Positions 28,546 through 41,884 are shown, numbered from the stretch's first letter. The stretch: DNA of 64,000 nucleotides from Octopus vulgaris (GCA_951406725.2 OX597834.1:38068001-38132000); one strand, 5' to 3'. Notes: a model not told the origin generated them from the letters alone. Numbers and translations: made by a program.

Positions 28546-28605
<60 letters not shown>

Positions 28606-28622
28606 GTTATTATTATTATTAT
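28420..28622 (+). mobile_element. Probable LINE 3' end with AATAAA and (ATT)n tail
   Basis: gtcctgtgttttgtcccctcatgttt...tagcccttgtggtcAATAAAcgaaaga(att)n resembles SINE A tail type 1. Confidence 0.5.
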
Positions 28623-29658
28623 TTCATCGTTTAGCCATGAAGGTGGACAAGTTAATAGCCAGTGTACGCACGAAGACCAGATGCCCTTGTTATAAATGTG
28701 TCAACAAAAACAAAGGATATTTAATCATGGTTGCCTTGGTGGGAAAGATGTACCGAAACGTGTAAGTAAGGAAATTATTCAATTAAATTTGACAAATCTT
28801 AAATCGGAGAAAGAGATGTGGAGTTCTTGGCAATCATGCTTTGAACAAATGAAAGAATGGCTCAGTAAGGAAATCTTTTTTGCGTGTGTGTGTGGAAAGA
28901 TTTCCCTTGCGTGTTTGGTTACCACCCTGATAATGACAGTGATGATGGTGGTGGTGCAGGGGTAGTGGTGGTGGTAGTGGTGGTGCTGCTGCTGCTAGTG
29001 GTGGTAGTGGTGGTCGCAGTGGTGGTCGCAGTGGTGCTGGTGGTGCTGGTGGTGCTGGTGCTGGTGGTGACGGCGTCTTTGAAGAGGCGGAGGAAGTGGA
29101 GGAGGACGCGAAGGAAATGGAGGAGGAGGAAAAGGAAGAAGAAGAAGAAGAAGAAGAGGAGGAGGAGGAAGGAGAAGAGGGAGAAAGAGAAGAGGAGAAG
29201 GAAGAGGAGGAGAAGAGGAGGGGAGGAGGAGAAGGAGAATGTTTTAAAAAGCCTCTGCATCATCATCATCATGGACTTTATTATCAGCTTCAACATCTCC
29301 ATCATCATCATCATCATTATCGTCGCCATTATCACCATCATAAATATCACCATCATCATCACCATCGTCATTATCATCACCACCGTTATCACGGATTTCA
29401 TTATGATCATCATCAACGCTAACAACAAAAACTATACCAACAACAACAGCACTTTTGTTCTTCAACCAACATCTTGACAATGTTACAGTATTTCATTTTC
29501 TTGCAGCTCTTCAGGACCTGCACTTCGTCATTTTGTCTGTTTTTCAGCTCAAAAAATTTCGCTTAGTAATGTTGGTGATACAATGTGAACCACCTGACTC
29601 CCGCTTCGTTGTCTTGCACACACACACACACACACACCCAATGTCACAGCCACCTATA

Positions 29659-29714
<56 letters not shown>

Positions 29715-29904
29715 TCAGCAGCAGCAGTATTAGTAGTAGTAGTAGCATGCGGAAGCAGCAGTAGTAGTAGTACTAGTAGTACAGGGGCATGCTTTATAAG
29801 CACCGCATCGCTGCATCTACCATTTGTTGGTGACCCCATACTACTTCTGGTGGATGACTCTTTGCCCCACTCAGGCAACAACCCTGTAATCCGTGGGGTC
29901 TGTT

Positions 29905-30236
29905 TGAGTGTTTCTGCGTTTGTCCCTTCACCATCGCTTGACAACTGATGTTTACGTCCCCGTAACTTAGCGGTTCAGCAAAAGAGACTGATAGAATAAG
30001 TACTAGGCTTACAAAGAATAAGTCATTGGGTTGATATGTTCGACTAAAGGCATTGCCACAGTCAAATGACTGAAACAAGCAAAAGAGTAAAAGAATATAT
30101 ATCTTTTCTACTCTAGGCACAAGGTCTTAAATTTTGGGGGAGGGGGGGGCCAGTCGATTAGATCGACACCAGTACGCAACTGGTACTTAATTTATCGACC
30201 CCGAAAGTCGACCTCGGCGGAATTTGAACTCAAAAG

Positions 30237-30271
<35 letters not shown>

Positions 30272-30622
30272 AGAGTTCACGAAAAAAGCAAAAGACGAAG
30301 ATAGGTGGTGTACAAAACAAACAGATGTATTAGTATAACGCTCAGGAATTAAAAAAGTATTTTACGTTTCGAGCCTACGCTCTTCTTCAGAAAGGGACGC
30401 AGAAAAAAAACAAGGAGAGAAAAAAATGTGTGTAGTAGCTACCGATCTATCATGGCGACTGCCGGACAACACGACTCAGTTTCTATTAACCAAATCCACT
30501 CACCAGGCTTTGGTCAGCCCGAGGTTATAGTAGAAAACACTTGCCGAAGGTGCTACGCAGTGGGGCTGAACCTGGAGCCATGCTCTTGGGAAATAAAAGT
30601 CTTACCACACAGCTACTCGTGC
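29905..30622. mobile_element. Nest of fragments: SINE B tail(+) 29905-30095, SINE A(-) 30103-30232, hammerhead-motif element(-) 30268-30465, SINE B head(-) 30475-30622
   Basis: Each piece matches other copies in the window. Confidence 0.8.
30358..30396 (-). ncRNA. Minimal hammerhead-like motif with an extra A
   Basis: Minus strand: ttt-CTGAAGA-A-GAGC gtag GCTC-GAAA-cg-TA-aaa. Stem III is the palindrome ACGT. Confidence 0.6.
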
Positions 30623-30983
30623 ACCTCTAGAGAACTTTCTTCTTTTTATTTTGTAGTACAGAGTTTAAATTAAAATATAATTTCAGTAAAGGATCGTGTA
30701 TATGACAGTTGAATTATTAAGAACTGATGTTTAAATCAGATATGATGCCAATATTACCGCGATCAATTGTCTATTAAAAATAGCAATATGGCTTCTCACA
30801 GTATCTGATGATGACAAGCCAAAAGAATAAAGAAACGGCAAGCTGTAATCGCAAAGTTGTAAAGTACACATCGTCTCATGTTAAATTTAATTACGAACTG
30901 AACGTTCCTATACTAAAATACTAAATCGTAAAATATGAAATATCAGTTACTGCATCTGCCCAACGCATTGTTGCTAACGTCAA

Positions 30984-31383
30984 GGCGGCGAGCTGGCAGA
31001 AACGTTAGCACGCCGGGCGAAATACTAAGCGGTATTTCGGCTGCCGCTACGTTCTGAGTTCAAATTCTGCCGAGGTCGACTTTGCCTTTCATCCTTCCGG
31101 GGTCGATAAATTAAGTACCAGTTTCGCACTGGGGTCGATGTAATCGACTTAATCCGTTTTTCTGTCTTTGTTTGTCCCTTCTGTGTTTAGCCCCTTGTGT
31201 GTAGTAGAGAAATAGGTACTTCGTCCGTCTTCACATTCTGAGTTCAATTTCCGCCGAGGTTGGCTTTGACTTTCATCCTTTTGGGGTCGACAAATTACGT
31301 ACTAGTAAAGCACTTGGATCGATGTAATCGGCTCGTCCCCTCCCCCAAAATTTTAGGCCTTGTGCCTATAGTAGAAAGGATTA
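30984..31383 (+). mobile_element. Composite SINE A: a tail-1 unit followed by a tail-2 unit
   Basis: Outer near-duplication attgttgctaac (30967) / attattgctaac (31380). Internal duplication ggtatttcg / ggtacttcg. Confidence 0.9.
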
Positions 31384-31412
31384 TTGCTAACTGCACCGAA
31401 TCTTAATACAAT

Positions 31413-31774
31413 GTGAAGGTGCATGGCTTAGTGGTTAGGGTACTCGAATCACGGCCGTAAGGGCGTGAGATCGATTCCCGGTGGTGTTTTGTGTCCTTCA
31501 GAAAGACGCTTTATTTTACACGGCTGGCAAAAATGAGCTGCATCTGTAATTCAAAGGGGTCAGCCTTGTCCCATTCTGTGTCAAGCTGAATCTCACTGAG
31601 AACTACGTTAGGGGTTACACGTGTCTGTGGAGTGCTCAGCCACTTGCACATTAATTTCCCGAGCAGGCTGTTCCGTTGATCGGTTCAACTGGAACACTCG
31701 TCGTCGTAACCGACGGAGTACCACATAAGTTATGTATGTATGTATGTATGTATGTATGTATGTATGTATGTATG

Positions 31775-31806
<32 letters not shown>

Positions 31807-32118
31807 TCGTTGAGGGGATTAGATCTTGGGGTATTTGGCTCACGAGTTCGATTCTTAGGTTTGCGTTGTGTCCTTGAGCAAGACATTTTATTTCACGCTG
31901 TTCCGGTTCCAATTAACTGGCAAAAATTAGTAGTACCTGCATTTCAAAGGGACCAGCCTTTTCATGTTCTGTGTCACGCTGAATCTCCTTGAGAACTACG
32001 CTAAGGTTATGCGTGACTGTGGAGTGTTCAGCCACTTGCACGTTAATATCGCGAGGAGGCTGTTCTGTTGGTTGGATCAACTGGAGCAATTATCGTCGAA
32101 ACCGACGAAGTGCCAGTT
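31413..32118 (+). mobile_element. Two tandem copies of SINE family C (tRNA-like head plus CORE-like domain), separated by (TATG)n
   Basis: tggcttagtggttaggg...tcgattccc, gttgtgtccttgagcaagaca, shared 3' part gagaactacg...cagccacttgcac...accgacg.agt.cca. Confidence 0.85.
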
Positions 32119-32801
32119 AATACGATAACAGAATTTATGAGATTTCACTTTCACTTAAGTGTCATTGGTCAACTAGAGCAGAGATGATCATGGGTTAATA
32201 AACAACAACAAAAAGGAAACGGCAATAATAAGAGAAATAAAACAAGAAAATCAAGAATAATAACAGCAAAGAGAAGGTTTTTTTTTTCTATTGTTTAGTC
32301 CGAGCGAGCTTTTTGATCCAACAGAATTATAACTCAAAGGCATTCAAGCCGGAACCATCACATTTCTATTTTTTTTATTTTTCTGGCATGATTCTACATT
32401 CTTCGAGGTGTCCTTAATTTTTTTTTAAGACAGTAAAGTGTGATTTCGAGGAAGATTTGGGTGTTGTTTATAGCAAATCAAACGACTACGTAAAAGATTT
32501 CTTATTGGCTTGAGACTCTCAAGGTTATAAAAACTGGAAGTGGTTTAAAGAAGTGTTTACGTCACGTATGAATAATGGATTCTTTCTATAGAGAGATAAA
32601 AACAGATAACTATTCTAGTCGGTTTGAGGATGTAAGAGGGAATGCTACAAAGACTTGAGAACAAAGAACTGTGTTATGAAAACTTGGGTTTCAGGAAGTA
32701 ACCAGGAAAAGTTTAAAATGTGGTTTTACAGATCTGCCTAAATAAATGTTAAGCCTTCAGCATTTGGAAAATGCTAACATATACCTAATGGTATAATAAC
32801 T

Positions 32802-33030
32802 CGGCGAGCTGGCAGAAACGTTAGCCTGCCGGGCGAAATGCTTAGCGGTATTTCGTCTGCCGTTACGTTGTGAGTTCAAATTCCGCTGAGGTCGACTTTG
32901 CCTCTCATCCTTTCGGGGTCGATAAATTAAGTACCAGTTACGCACTGGGGTCGATGTAATCGACTTAATACCTATGTCTGTCCTTGTTTGTCCCCTCTAT
33001 GTTTAGCCCCTTGTGGGTAGTAAAGAAATA
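32802..33030 (+). mobile_element. SINE A, tail type 1, young copy
   Basis: Perfect 11-bp duplication GGTATAATAAC at 32790-32800 and 33031-33041. Confidence 0.92.
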
Positions 33031-33131
33031 GGTATAATAACACTTTCTGATTTTGGCACAAAGTCAAAGATTTTGAAAGGAGGGGATAAGCTGTTGTCAT
33101 CGACTCCAGTGTGTGTGTGTGTGTGTGTGTG

Positions 33132-33610
33132 TAGGCACAGGCGTGGATGTGCAGTACGAAGTTTGCTTCCCAACCACATGGTTCTGGGTTCATTCCCACT
33201 GCGTAGCACCTTTAGCAAACATCTTCTACAATAGCCTGGACCAGACCAAAGCCTTGGAATGGATTTGGTAGACGGAAACCGAAAGAAGCCCGTCGTATAT
33301 ATATATATATGTGTGTGTGCGTGTGTGTGCGTGTGTGTGTGTGTGTGTGTATGTGTGTGTGCATGCGTGTGTATGTGTGCATGTGTTTGTGTTTGTGTCT
33401 GTGTTTGTTCCCCACCACCGCTTAACAGCCGGTGTTGGTGAGTTTACGTCCTCGTAACTTAGCAGCTTGGCGAAAGAGGATTATAGAATAAGTATCAGGC
33501 TTTATATAAATAACAAATACTTGGGATCGATTCGTTCGACTAAAATTCTTCAAGGTGGTGTGCCCCAGCATGGCCGCAGTTTAATGACTGAAACAAGTAA
33601 AAGATAAAAC
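33132..33610 (+). mobile_element. SINE family B, full length
   Basis: Head, internal (TA)/(TG) tract and tail all present. Confidence 0.9.
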
Positions 33611-33958
33611 GTAAATGATATGAAAATTCAAAGGAATCCTCTTCTATGATCCTACATTTCTTATGATAACCTCAACAGTCTATTTAAAGTCGCTACACAT
33701 AAACAAGCACCGCAGCGCACCACCATCCCACCTCTCAACAAATCAATAAAACTGCCGCTCAATTTTGACGTTAGATGAACCAGTTCTCACAATACAAGCT
33801 GGCATTCTCTTCGATATTAAGTGGCTTTCTCAGAAATAAAACCTCTTGCACAGATTTATCCAATTCACAATGGATAATGTCATCTCTATTGACATGAAAC
33901 TCCACAGTGTGGTTTTATCCTTGGTTTTTTGCATTCGTTGCTCATATACAGGTAGATA

Positions 33959-34024
<66 letters not shown>

Positions 34025-34130
34025 TAGATATATACATACATACATATATATATACATATTTACATATATATATATATATATATGTGTGTGTGTATCGATG
34101 TGTGTGCATGTATGTATGTATGTATGTATG

Positions 34131-34190
<60 letters not shown>

Positions 34191-34454
34191 TGTATGTATG
34201 TGTGTATGTATGTATGTATGTATGTATGTATGTATGTATGTATGTATGTATGTATGTGTGTGTGTATATATATAAATCTCGCATAGATGGAGCGAGCAAT
34301 CGTCGAAGAAAAGCATCACGATTAATTAACTGAATAAATATGTTAAGATGCTGAACAATCGACCAAAGAAATGCGATATGACATTTTGAATTAGTCACAT
34401 TCTATCAGATTTTCAACGCCTTTCTATCTCGCACACACACACACACACACACAC

Positions 34455-34953
34455 ATTCTCTATATCTCTATCTCTCTCTCTCTATCTTTCTCTCTTTCTC
34501 ACTTTCTCTCTCCCTCTCTCTCTTTTTCTCGCTATCTCTCTCTCTCTATCGCTTTTTTTTTCTCTCCCCTCCAAACACTTTATTTTTATCTCTTTCTTTC
34601 TCTCCCCCTTCTCTGTCTCTTTTTCTCTCTCTCCCTCTTTCTCTCACTCTCTCTCTCTCACTCTCTCACCCTCACTCTCCCTCCCTCCCTCCATCGCACA
34701 CTCTCCCTCCCTCTTTCTCCCTTTCTCTCTCCCTCTCTCTTCCTTTCCCTCTTTCTCTGTCTCTTTCCCTCTTTCTCTGTCTCTTTCCCTCTCTCTCTTT
34801 CTCACTTTCTCTCTCTCTCTCTTTCACAATCTCTTTTTCTCTTTATCTCTTTCTCTCTTTCCCTCTCCCTCCCTCTCTATCTTTATCTCTTTATTTCTCT
34901 CCCTCTTTTTCTATCTCTTTTTCTCCCTCTCTCTCTCTCTCTCCCTATATTTT

Positions 34954-34986
<33 letters not shown>

Positions 34987-34988
34987 TC
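34455..34988. repeat. Degenerate (CT)n polypyrimidine tract
   Basis: About 530 bp, almost all C/T on the plus strand. Confidence 0.92.
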
Positions 34989-35594
34989 TAGAAACGAAGA
35001 CTTAACAAATAAGAACACCACCACTGCTCAGTTCTTCCCTCTCAAAATAGATATTCTATCTTTTACCTCGTCTCTTACATTTTAAAAGCTACTTCACATA
35101 TAGAACCATTTTATATCAAATCTCCATCTCTTCAAATATTTGATATTAATTGACAGCAACTTTCTCATTGATGGAATTTTCTTCTTGGACGTAGAATCTA
35201 TCAGTTGATTTATTGATCTTTACTAAGGTGGTCATCTCCATTGATTAGTTTCAAAGCATTCGCTAATGTAGCATGTTATAACGTATTCAGTTTAATTATC
35301 TCCTATTCTTGTATTTCCTATCTTGACGTACGAACATATTACAAAGCACTTGAGATTCTGATGTACTGTGGAACGAAACCTATTATTTTCAAATGAAATC
35401 TTTCATTCAGTGTTTTGTGAAAGAGAAGACGCAGACATAACTGTTAGACGAAGACTTGAGTTCAATATCATATCTATAACATTATAACATTTAATTTACT
35501 CACGCGGCATTATACATACATATATTCATACATACAGACAACACACACACACAAGTGCCATGTATATATTTGCATGTATAAATGAGTATGAATG

Positions 35595-35668
<74 letters not shown>

Positions 35669-35984
35669 TGTGTGTTGTACGTGTGTTGTATGTGTGTGTG
35701 TGTTGTATGTGTGTGTGTGTTGTATGTGTGTGTGTGTGTATGTGTTGTGTGATGGATTCACCGATTTTCATGTATAAAGCGTCCAGTCGTTCCATGAATG
35801 GGAATGACCTATTCAGTGAATTAGCGTGGCTGTATATTCCACAGGCGCATGAATGCTTAAATTAAATACCAAACAGAAGTCGTGTATGTTTGTGTATTCA
35901 ACGATATTTTATGTCTCTTTTTCTCTGGAACAGCTTCATGTATTTCTGGAAAGTCAATAGCGTTGGAGAGCATAAAGATTAAAG

Positions 35985-36530
35985 ATGTAGCTGAGAAAAA
36001 GTTTGCTGACATGGAGGACAATGAACAATCTAAATGTTGGAAAAGAGTTATCTATAACCTGCACAATTCAGAGAGCTGTGTGAAGCTGTTACTGCAGACT
36101 ATGGTCAAATCCTGGATGGAGAGAGCTGCTGCTTGAAGGTCGTATCTATGGCAACATGATTCGGTTCCTTACCATACCTCCAGAAACAGTCAGATGTGGT
36201 TGTTGGAGTATTTCTGCAACATCACCAGCCCATGGATAATTATGTAATCCCATGGATTATTATGTGAGGGACACGGTTGAGAAAAGCTACTATGGTGGCC
36301 TCGATCAACGAGGGATTGGAAGATCTTTCCAGGGACACAATGAGGAACACAATAAACAAGTACCGGAGCAATCTTGAGGCTGTGGTAGGGGCCGAAAGCA
36401 TCCACTTTGAGTAAACTGTTATCATCCCAGCCATAATCAAGTTGATATTTTTTTTTTTTATTTTAAACAATTTTATTTTTGGAAGGGACGTTGTGTTTTT
36501 CACTCCTTTTATGCAAACTGCCAAATTTAA
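35985..36530 (+). mobile_element. Tc1/mariner superfamily (maT / DD37D-like) transposase pseudogene fragment
   Basis: LLQTMVKSWMERAAA*RSYLWQHDSVPYHTSRNSQMWL; CNPMDYYVRDTVEK; NTINKYRSNLEAVVGAESIHFE* (stop 36412-36414). The third catalytic residue is D (NPMDY). Stops and deletions present. Confidence 0.85.
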
Positions 36531-36757
36531 CCCGAATAGATTTGATGCGATTTTGTGAGTTTTTGTTATGAATTCTTCGAAACTGGAGAGAAAAACTCAG
36601 TATCAATTTAAGTTGATGTTAACCTCTAAATACGATTCGGTGGTATTAACCGTCGTATAAATATCAAAACCTGCAAATGGTGTCGGAGTATTTTTAAAAT
36701 AGATATATAATTATATTTCAGTATTTTCTGTTTGTTTTCCTTTCCCTGTCTATCTTG

Positions 36758-36788
<31 letters not shown>

Positions 36789-36959
36789 GTAAATAGATAA
36801 ATAATCTGTGTCATTGCAGATCATTCTCTCTTCCCCTGTATCTTTATTACAATACTTTATATGAGTCCATATTTCACTCTCTCACTCTCTCACTCTCTCT
36901 GTCCCTGTTCTTGAATAAGTATGTATATGTCTGTGCATGAGTATATGAATAATATATAC

Positions 36960-37014
<55 letters not shown>

Positions 37015-37023
37015 TATATATAT

Positions 37024-37076
<53 letters not shown>

Positions 37077-37120
37077 TATATGTATATACATACGCACACA
37101 CATATGCACATGTGTATGTG

Positions 37121-37152
<32 letters not shown>

Positions 37153-37248
37153 CTATACTATATATATATATATATACGAGTATAGATATATATATAGATA
37201 TAGATATATATATAGATATATATACATATGTATGTATATAAATAAATA

Positions 37249-37338
<90 letters not shown>

Positions 37339-38383
37339 TATGCAGGCAAGCGTAAAGTCACAAGACATTTTTGCAAACACACAAACACATTCACAATCAC
37401 CCAACCCTATATGTGTGTGTGTATGTATATACATGTATGTATGTATATGTGTGTGTGTAAAATCATGCAAATATACATACATACCTACATACATACATAC
37501 ATACACATTGATTACACATATATAAAACACATAATTATCCACCGATATAGATACACTGAAAAATAGACATGTGCAGACAAGCCTAAAGGATTTGAAATAT
37601 ATATTTTTCTTAAAAAGATGAAACCTAGAAAATACAAACGCATACACACATACACAAACATTAATATAATATACACATAACCAAAGAGACATGTATACAC
37701 ACAGAGCAATAGGTAAACGTATCGAAACAGATATGTACACACACACACACACAGACACACACACACACATACACACACTCACACATATACACACACATAC
37801 ACACACACACATACACACACACAGAAATACATACAGGTTTCAGTAGAAATATTTCGAAGAAAGTTTAAAGAAAAAAAAATGTGATAAATATAATATAATT
37901 GAATAAATTCAACCGACAATACGAATGTTCAGACAACAACAACAGCAACAACAAAATAGATACACAAATATCAACAAATTTGAATGAAAGGAAAACAAAT
38001 CAAAATGAAGAGACAGAAAAAATTATGAAAACGGAAATAAGAAATAAATGAAAATATCTATAATTTCTGTAAAGCTAAGAGCAGTCTTTGGGAAACAATA
38101 AAGTCTTTTGAGATAGAATTGTAATTCAATAAGACACCCCCGTCTTCCGAGACGTAAATACATACATACACGCGTACACAAACACACAAGCATGTGTGTC
38201 TATGCAAAGATACGCACACATACACATACATGCAACGCACACAAACACAGACACACACACATAGTTTTTTGCGTCTCTAGCTTTCCTTGGTTATATTTAT
38301 ACAAAAATACATGCACACATACATATTACATATGAGCTTACATACACACAGATATATAAACAGCATTGATACATATATATATA

Positions 38384-38483
<100 letters not shown>

Positions 38484-38542
38484 TATATACATACACATAT
38501 ATATATACATACATATATATACATATATACTTATTTATATAT

Positions 38543-38573
<31 letters not shown>

Positions 38574-39384
38574 CATGCATATATGTGAGAGTACTTGCGT
38601 GCGTGTGTGTGTGTGTGTGCACAGACATATGTGTAAGGGTGGGGCAGTACCAGTCAAGTTAACGTTGGAAGGTTGATGTTGATGATGATGATGATGAAGA
38701 CGACGACACCGGTGGAGACGATGTCAGCAGCGACAGCGGCGGCGGCGGCAACGACGGCGGTGATGGCGGCGTTGGTGGCGGCGATGGTGGCGATGGTGAG
38801 GTTGGTGGGGTTGGTGGTGGTGGTGGTGGTACTGGTACTGGTGCTGATACTGGTGGTGCCGGTGTTACTGGTAGTTATGGTAGTGATGATGATGATGATC
38901 GTGATAATGACAGTGATCATAATAATCATGATGCTGACTCTTTCGAGATAAGTCCTGATGTTGCCGACCAGTTGTGAAGGAGTGGCTTAATCTAAGAGAT
39001 GCGACCCTTAACTGTCGATTCACAAGGATGCATATCCTTTCAGAATCAATAAAATAAAGTGGCAATCCAGGCTGGAGATTTGGCAGAATTGAAAGAACGC
39101 CAAAGGAGATCCCTTGCGGAGTTTGTTCCGACCCTTTGGGTTCTAAATTCTGTATAGTAGACTTATTCCGTTGCCTAGTTTAACACCACCGCCTGGTTTC
39201 CGGACGCCATTTGCAGGGTTCATTGTATTGCAAGAATTCTAGCCAAGTCTTCGCTTTCAGGATAACCTATTCCATTCATTCCAACAGTGACAGAGGCCCT
39301 GAAATTTATCAAAAGGATCACGAGCACCGTTTTCCGCTTTCTGACAAGTGCAAAAACTGTCATTTTAACTTAGAAGAATAGCAA

Positions 39385-39832
39385 AGGCGACGAGCTGACA
39401 GTCGTTAGCACAGCGGACAAAATGCTTAGTGGCATTTCATCCGTCTTCTCATTCTGAGTTCAAATTCCGCCGGGGCCAACTTGCCTTTCATCCTTTCGAG
39501 GTCGGTAAAATATGTACCAGTCGAGCACTGGGGTCGATGTAATCGACTAGTCCCTCTCCCCAAAATTTCAGGCTTTATACCTATAACAAAAAGGAGTAAT
39601 ATTGTTATCATTAAGACGGCGAGCTGGCAGAATCGTTACCGTGCCGGAAAATAAGCATAGCAGCATTTCTTCCGTTTTTACGTTCTAAGTTCAAAAACCG
39701 CCGGGATCGACATTGCTTTTCATCCTTACGGGGTCGATGGAATAAGTATCAGTTGAGCACTGGGGTCAATGCATAATCAACTAGCCCCTTCCTCAAAAAC
39801 TGCTGGCCTCTACCTATAGAAGAAAGGATTAT
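39385..39832 (+). mobile_element. Two tandem SINE A copies (tail type 2)
   Basis: Heads ggcgacgagctgacag (39385) and ggcgagctggcagaatcg (about 39617). Confidence 0.85.
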
Positions 39833-40893
39833 AATTTAGAAGAGTAACTGGATGAAGAATAGGCAGGAACACAACTTGCATTGAGTAAAGTTGATGGGGA
39901 TTTATTTATTGAGCCACTACATGGATACGCGTGGGCTCTCATATTCATTGATTTTCTGAGCGCTCAATCGATTACGATACGCACAACTCATTCACAGTAA
40001 TATGCTCTTACATATTACATACAGTTGTCCTTCTGTTTATGGCCTTTGTATATATATTATATAATGGTTTAAACAGATTATATATTTCCTGCAGAATAAA
40101 ATTTATGACATATATAATTACATTTTTAATTTTAAGAACAAATAATCAAAACTACACCTAGAATTTAGAATGTTTTAAAGCGGGTTCATTATACGTTAAA
40201 AGAACGGATTTAATTTCATATATTTTTGACTTTAGAAGTAAATTGAAATGTTAACAAACATTAGTGTTCGTTTACCTCTTCGCATCATTAAATAAAACAT
40301 ATAATTATATCTTACGCTATTAATAAAATATTTAATTATATGCTATTAATCATGTATCGTTTGTCATTGGTTTATAAGTTACGAATAGGCAATTATTAAG
40401 TTCTGGTTAAAGATAAGAGAACAAAATAAATGGAAAACATACGTCAAATTAATGTTGCTGGATGTGTGAGTGTTGAAACGCAACAATTTAACAAAACATT
40501 CAACTTAAAGTCGATTCCAGTAATATTATGGTTGTGGTACGAGGAATACAGAGTGTAACGTCTGTAATGGGATACGAGGAAAGGTCTAATATTATATCGG
40601 AATTGTACGGCATTGTCTCTCATATTTAAAGAATTGTTTAAAATAATTTTAGCCTTTAAGATAATGCTGTCTTATTAAACTTTTGATGCGTTCTCCATCA
40701 AATATACTGACACATTTTATCAGTAAACTGTCACTTTGACCACAATACCAATTTCAGCTGTTATTAACAGAATATATTGTCTATTTTTAACGACCATATA
40801 TTACAATAACACTGACCTACAACGTACATTGGCTTATTAGCCTATTCGGATTGCATTATGTTATCAATATTGTTTTTATTATTATCATTAACA

Positions 40894-41700
40894 AGGCGGC
40901 GAGCTGGAAAAATCGTTAACGCGCCGGGTTGAAAGCTTAGTGACTGGTATAAACCTTATTATGTTGGATTGTTATAACGTGCACTTGGTGAAACTAGTAA
41001 AGACACGACTATCTCTGACCCCCTACTACGTGCTCTAGTACTTCACGTACTTCTCTTTACTTATAGTGACTAAGTTATTCCATTCATCACGTGGGAGGAG
41101 TGTATCATTATTACTAATTGCCTACAACAGTGACATTTCATCCGTCTTCACAATCTGAGCTCAAATTCCGCTGAGGTCGACTTTGCCTTTCATCCTTTAG
41201 GAGCTCAAAAGCTACAAAAGTCAGCTTTGCCTTTCATCCTTCCGAGACCGATAAAATAAGTGACAGTGATGCATTGGGGTCGATGTAATCGACTTACCCT
41301 CATCCGAATTTACTGAACGTGTGCCAAAATTTGGAACCATCAACGGCATTTCGCCCATTTTTACATACGGAGTTCAAATTCCGGCAAGGTTGACTTTGCC
41401 TTCCATCCTTTCGAAGTCTGTGAAATAAATACCAGTCGCGTAGTGGGATCGATGTAATCGACTTTTCTCTCTTCAAAGTTCCAGACCTTGTCCCCATAGG
41501 AAAAAGGATTATTTTTGGCAAGCTGGCAGAATCGTTAGTGCTTTCGGACATAATGAATTGCGTCATTCCTTCCGGCTCTTGATGTTCTGAATACAAATCC
41601 CGTTGTGGCCAACTCTGCCTAACATAATTTCAGGTTCGATGAAATAAGCACCAACTGAGCATTGGCATCGATGTAAACGACTTTTCACATCCCTTCAAAA
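40894..41700 (+). mobile_element. Cluster of 4-5 SINE A copies or fragments
   Basis: Repeated gactttgcctt(t)catccttt and gatgtaatcgact. Confidence 0.85.
40945..41129. mobile_element. 185-bp solo-LTR-like insert inside a SINE A
   Basis: TG...CA termini (tggtata / tacaaca) and a perfect 5-bp TSD GTGAC (40940-40944, 41130-41134). The SINE resumes exactly after it. Confidence 0.7.
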
Positions 41701-41760
41701 CTGTTGGGAAGCAAGTTTCTTACCACACAGCTACGCCTATATGTGTGAGTGGTGTGTGTT

Positions 41761-41805
<45 letters not shown>

Positions 41806-41827
41806 GCATGGTATATATGTATATATG

Positions 41828-41884
<57 letters not shown>

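Noticed and set aside
28696-28965. 89-aa non-repetitive ORF as a host exon
   Set aside because: No recognisable motif or clear splice context, and it ends in a microsatellite.
29660-29897. Possible LINE 3' UTR with (TAC)n tail on the minus strand
   Set aside because: Plausible, but single copy here with no coding remnant to support it.
31413-31485. tRNA gene
   Set aside because: A/B-box-like head runs straight into a SINE body repeated next door; no complete cloverleaf.
35882-36136. Host exon after a pyrimidine tract and CAG
   Set aside because: Its 3' part is the decayed maT-like transposase, with an in-frame stop followed by further transposase motifs.
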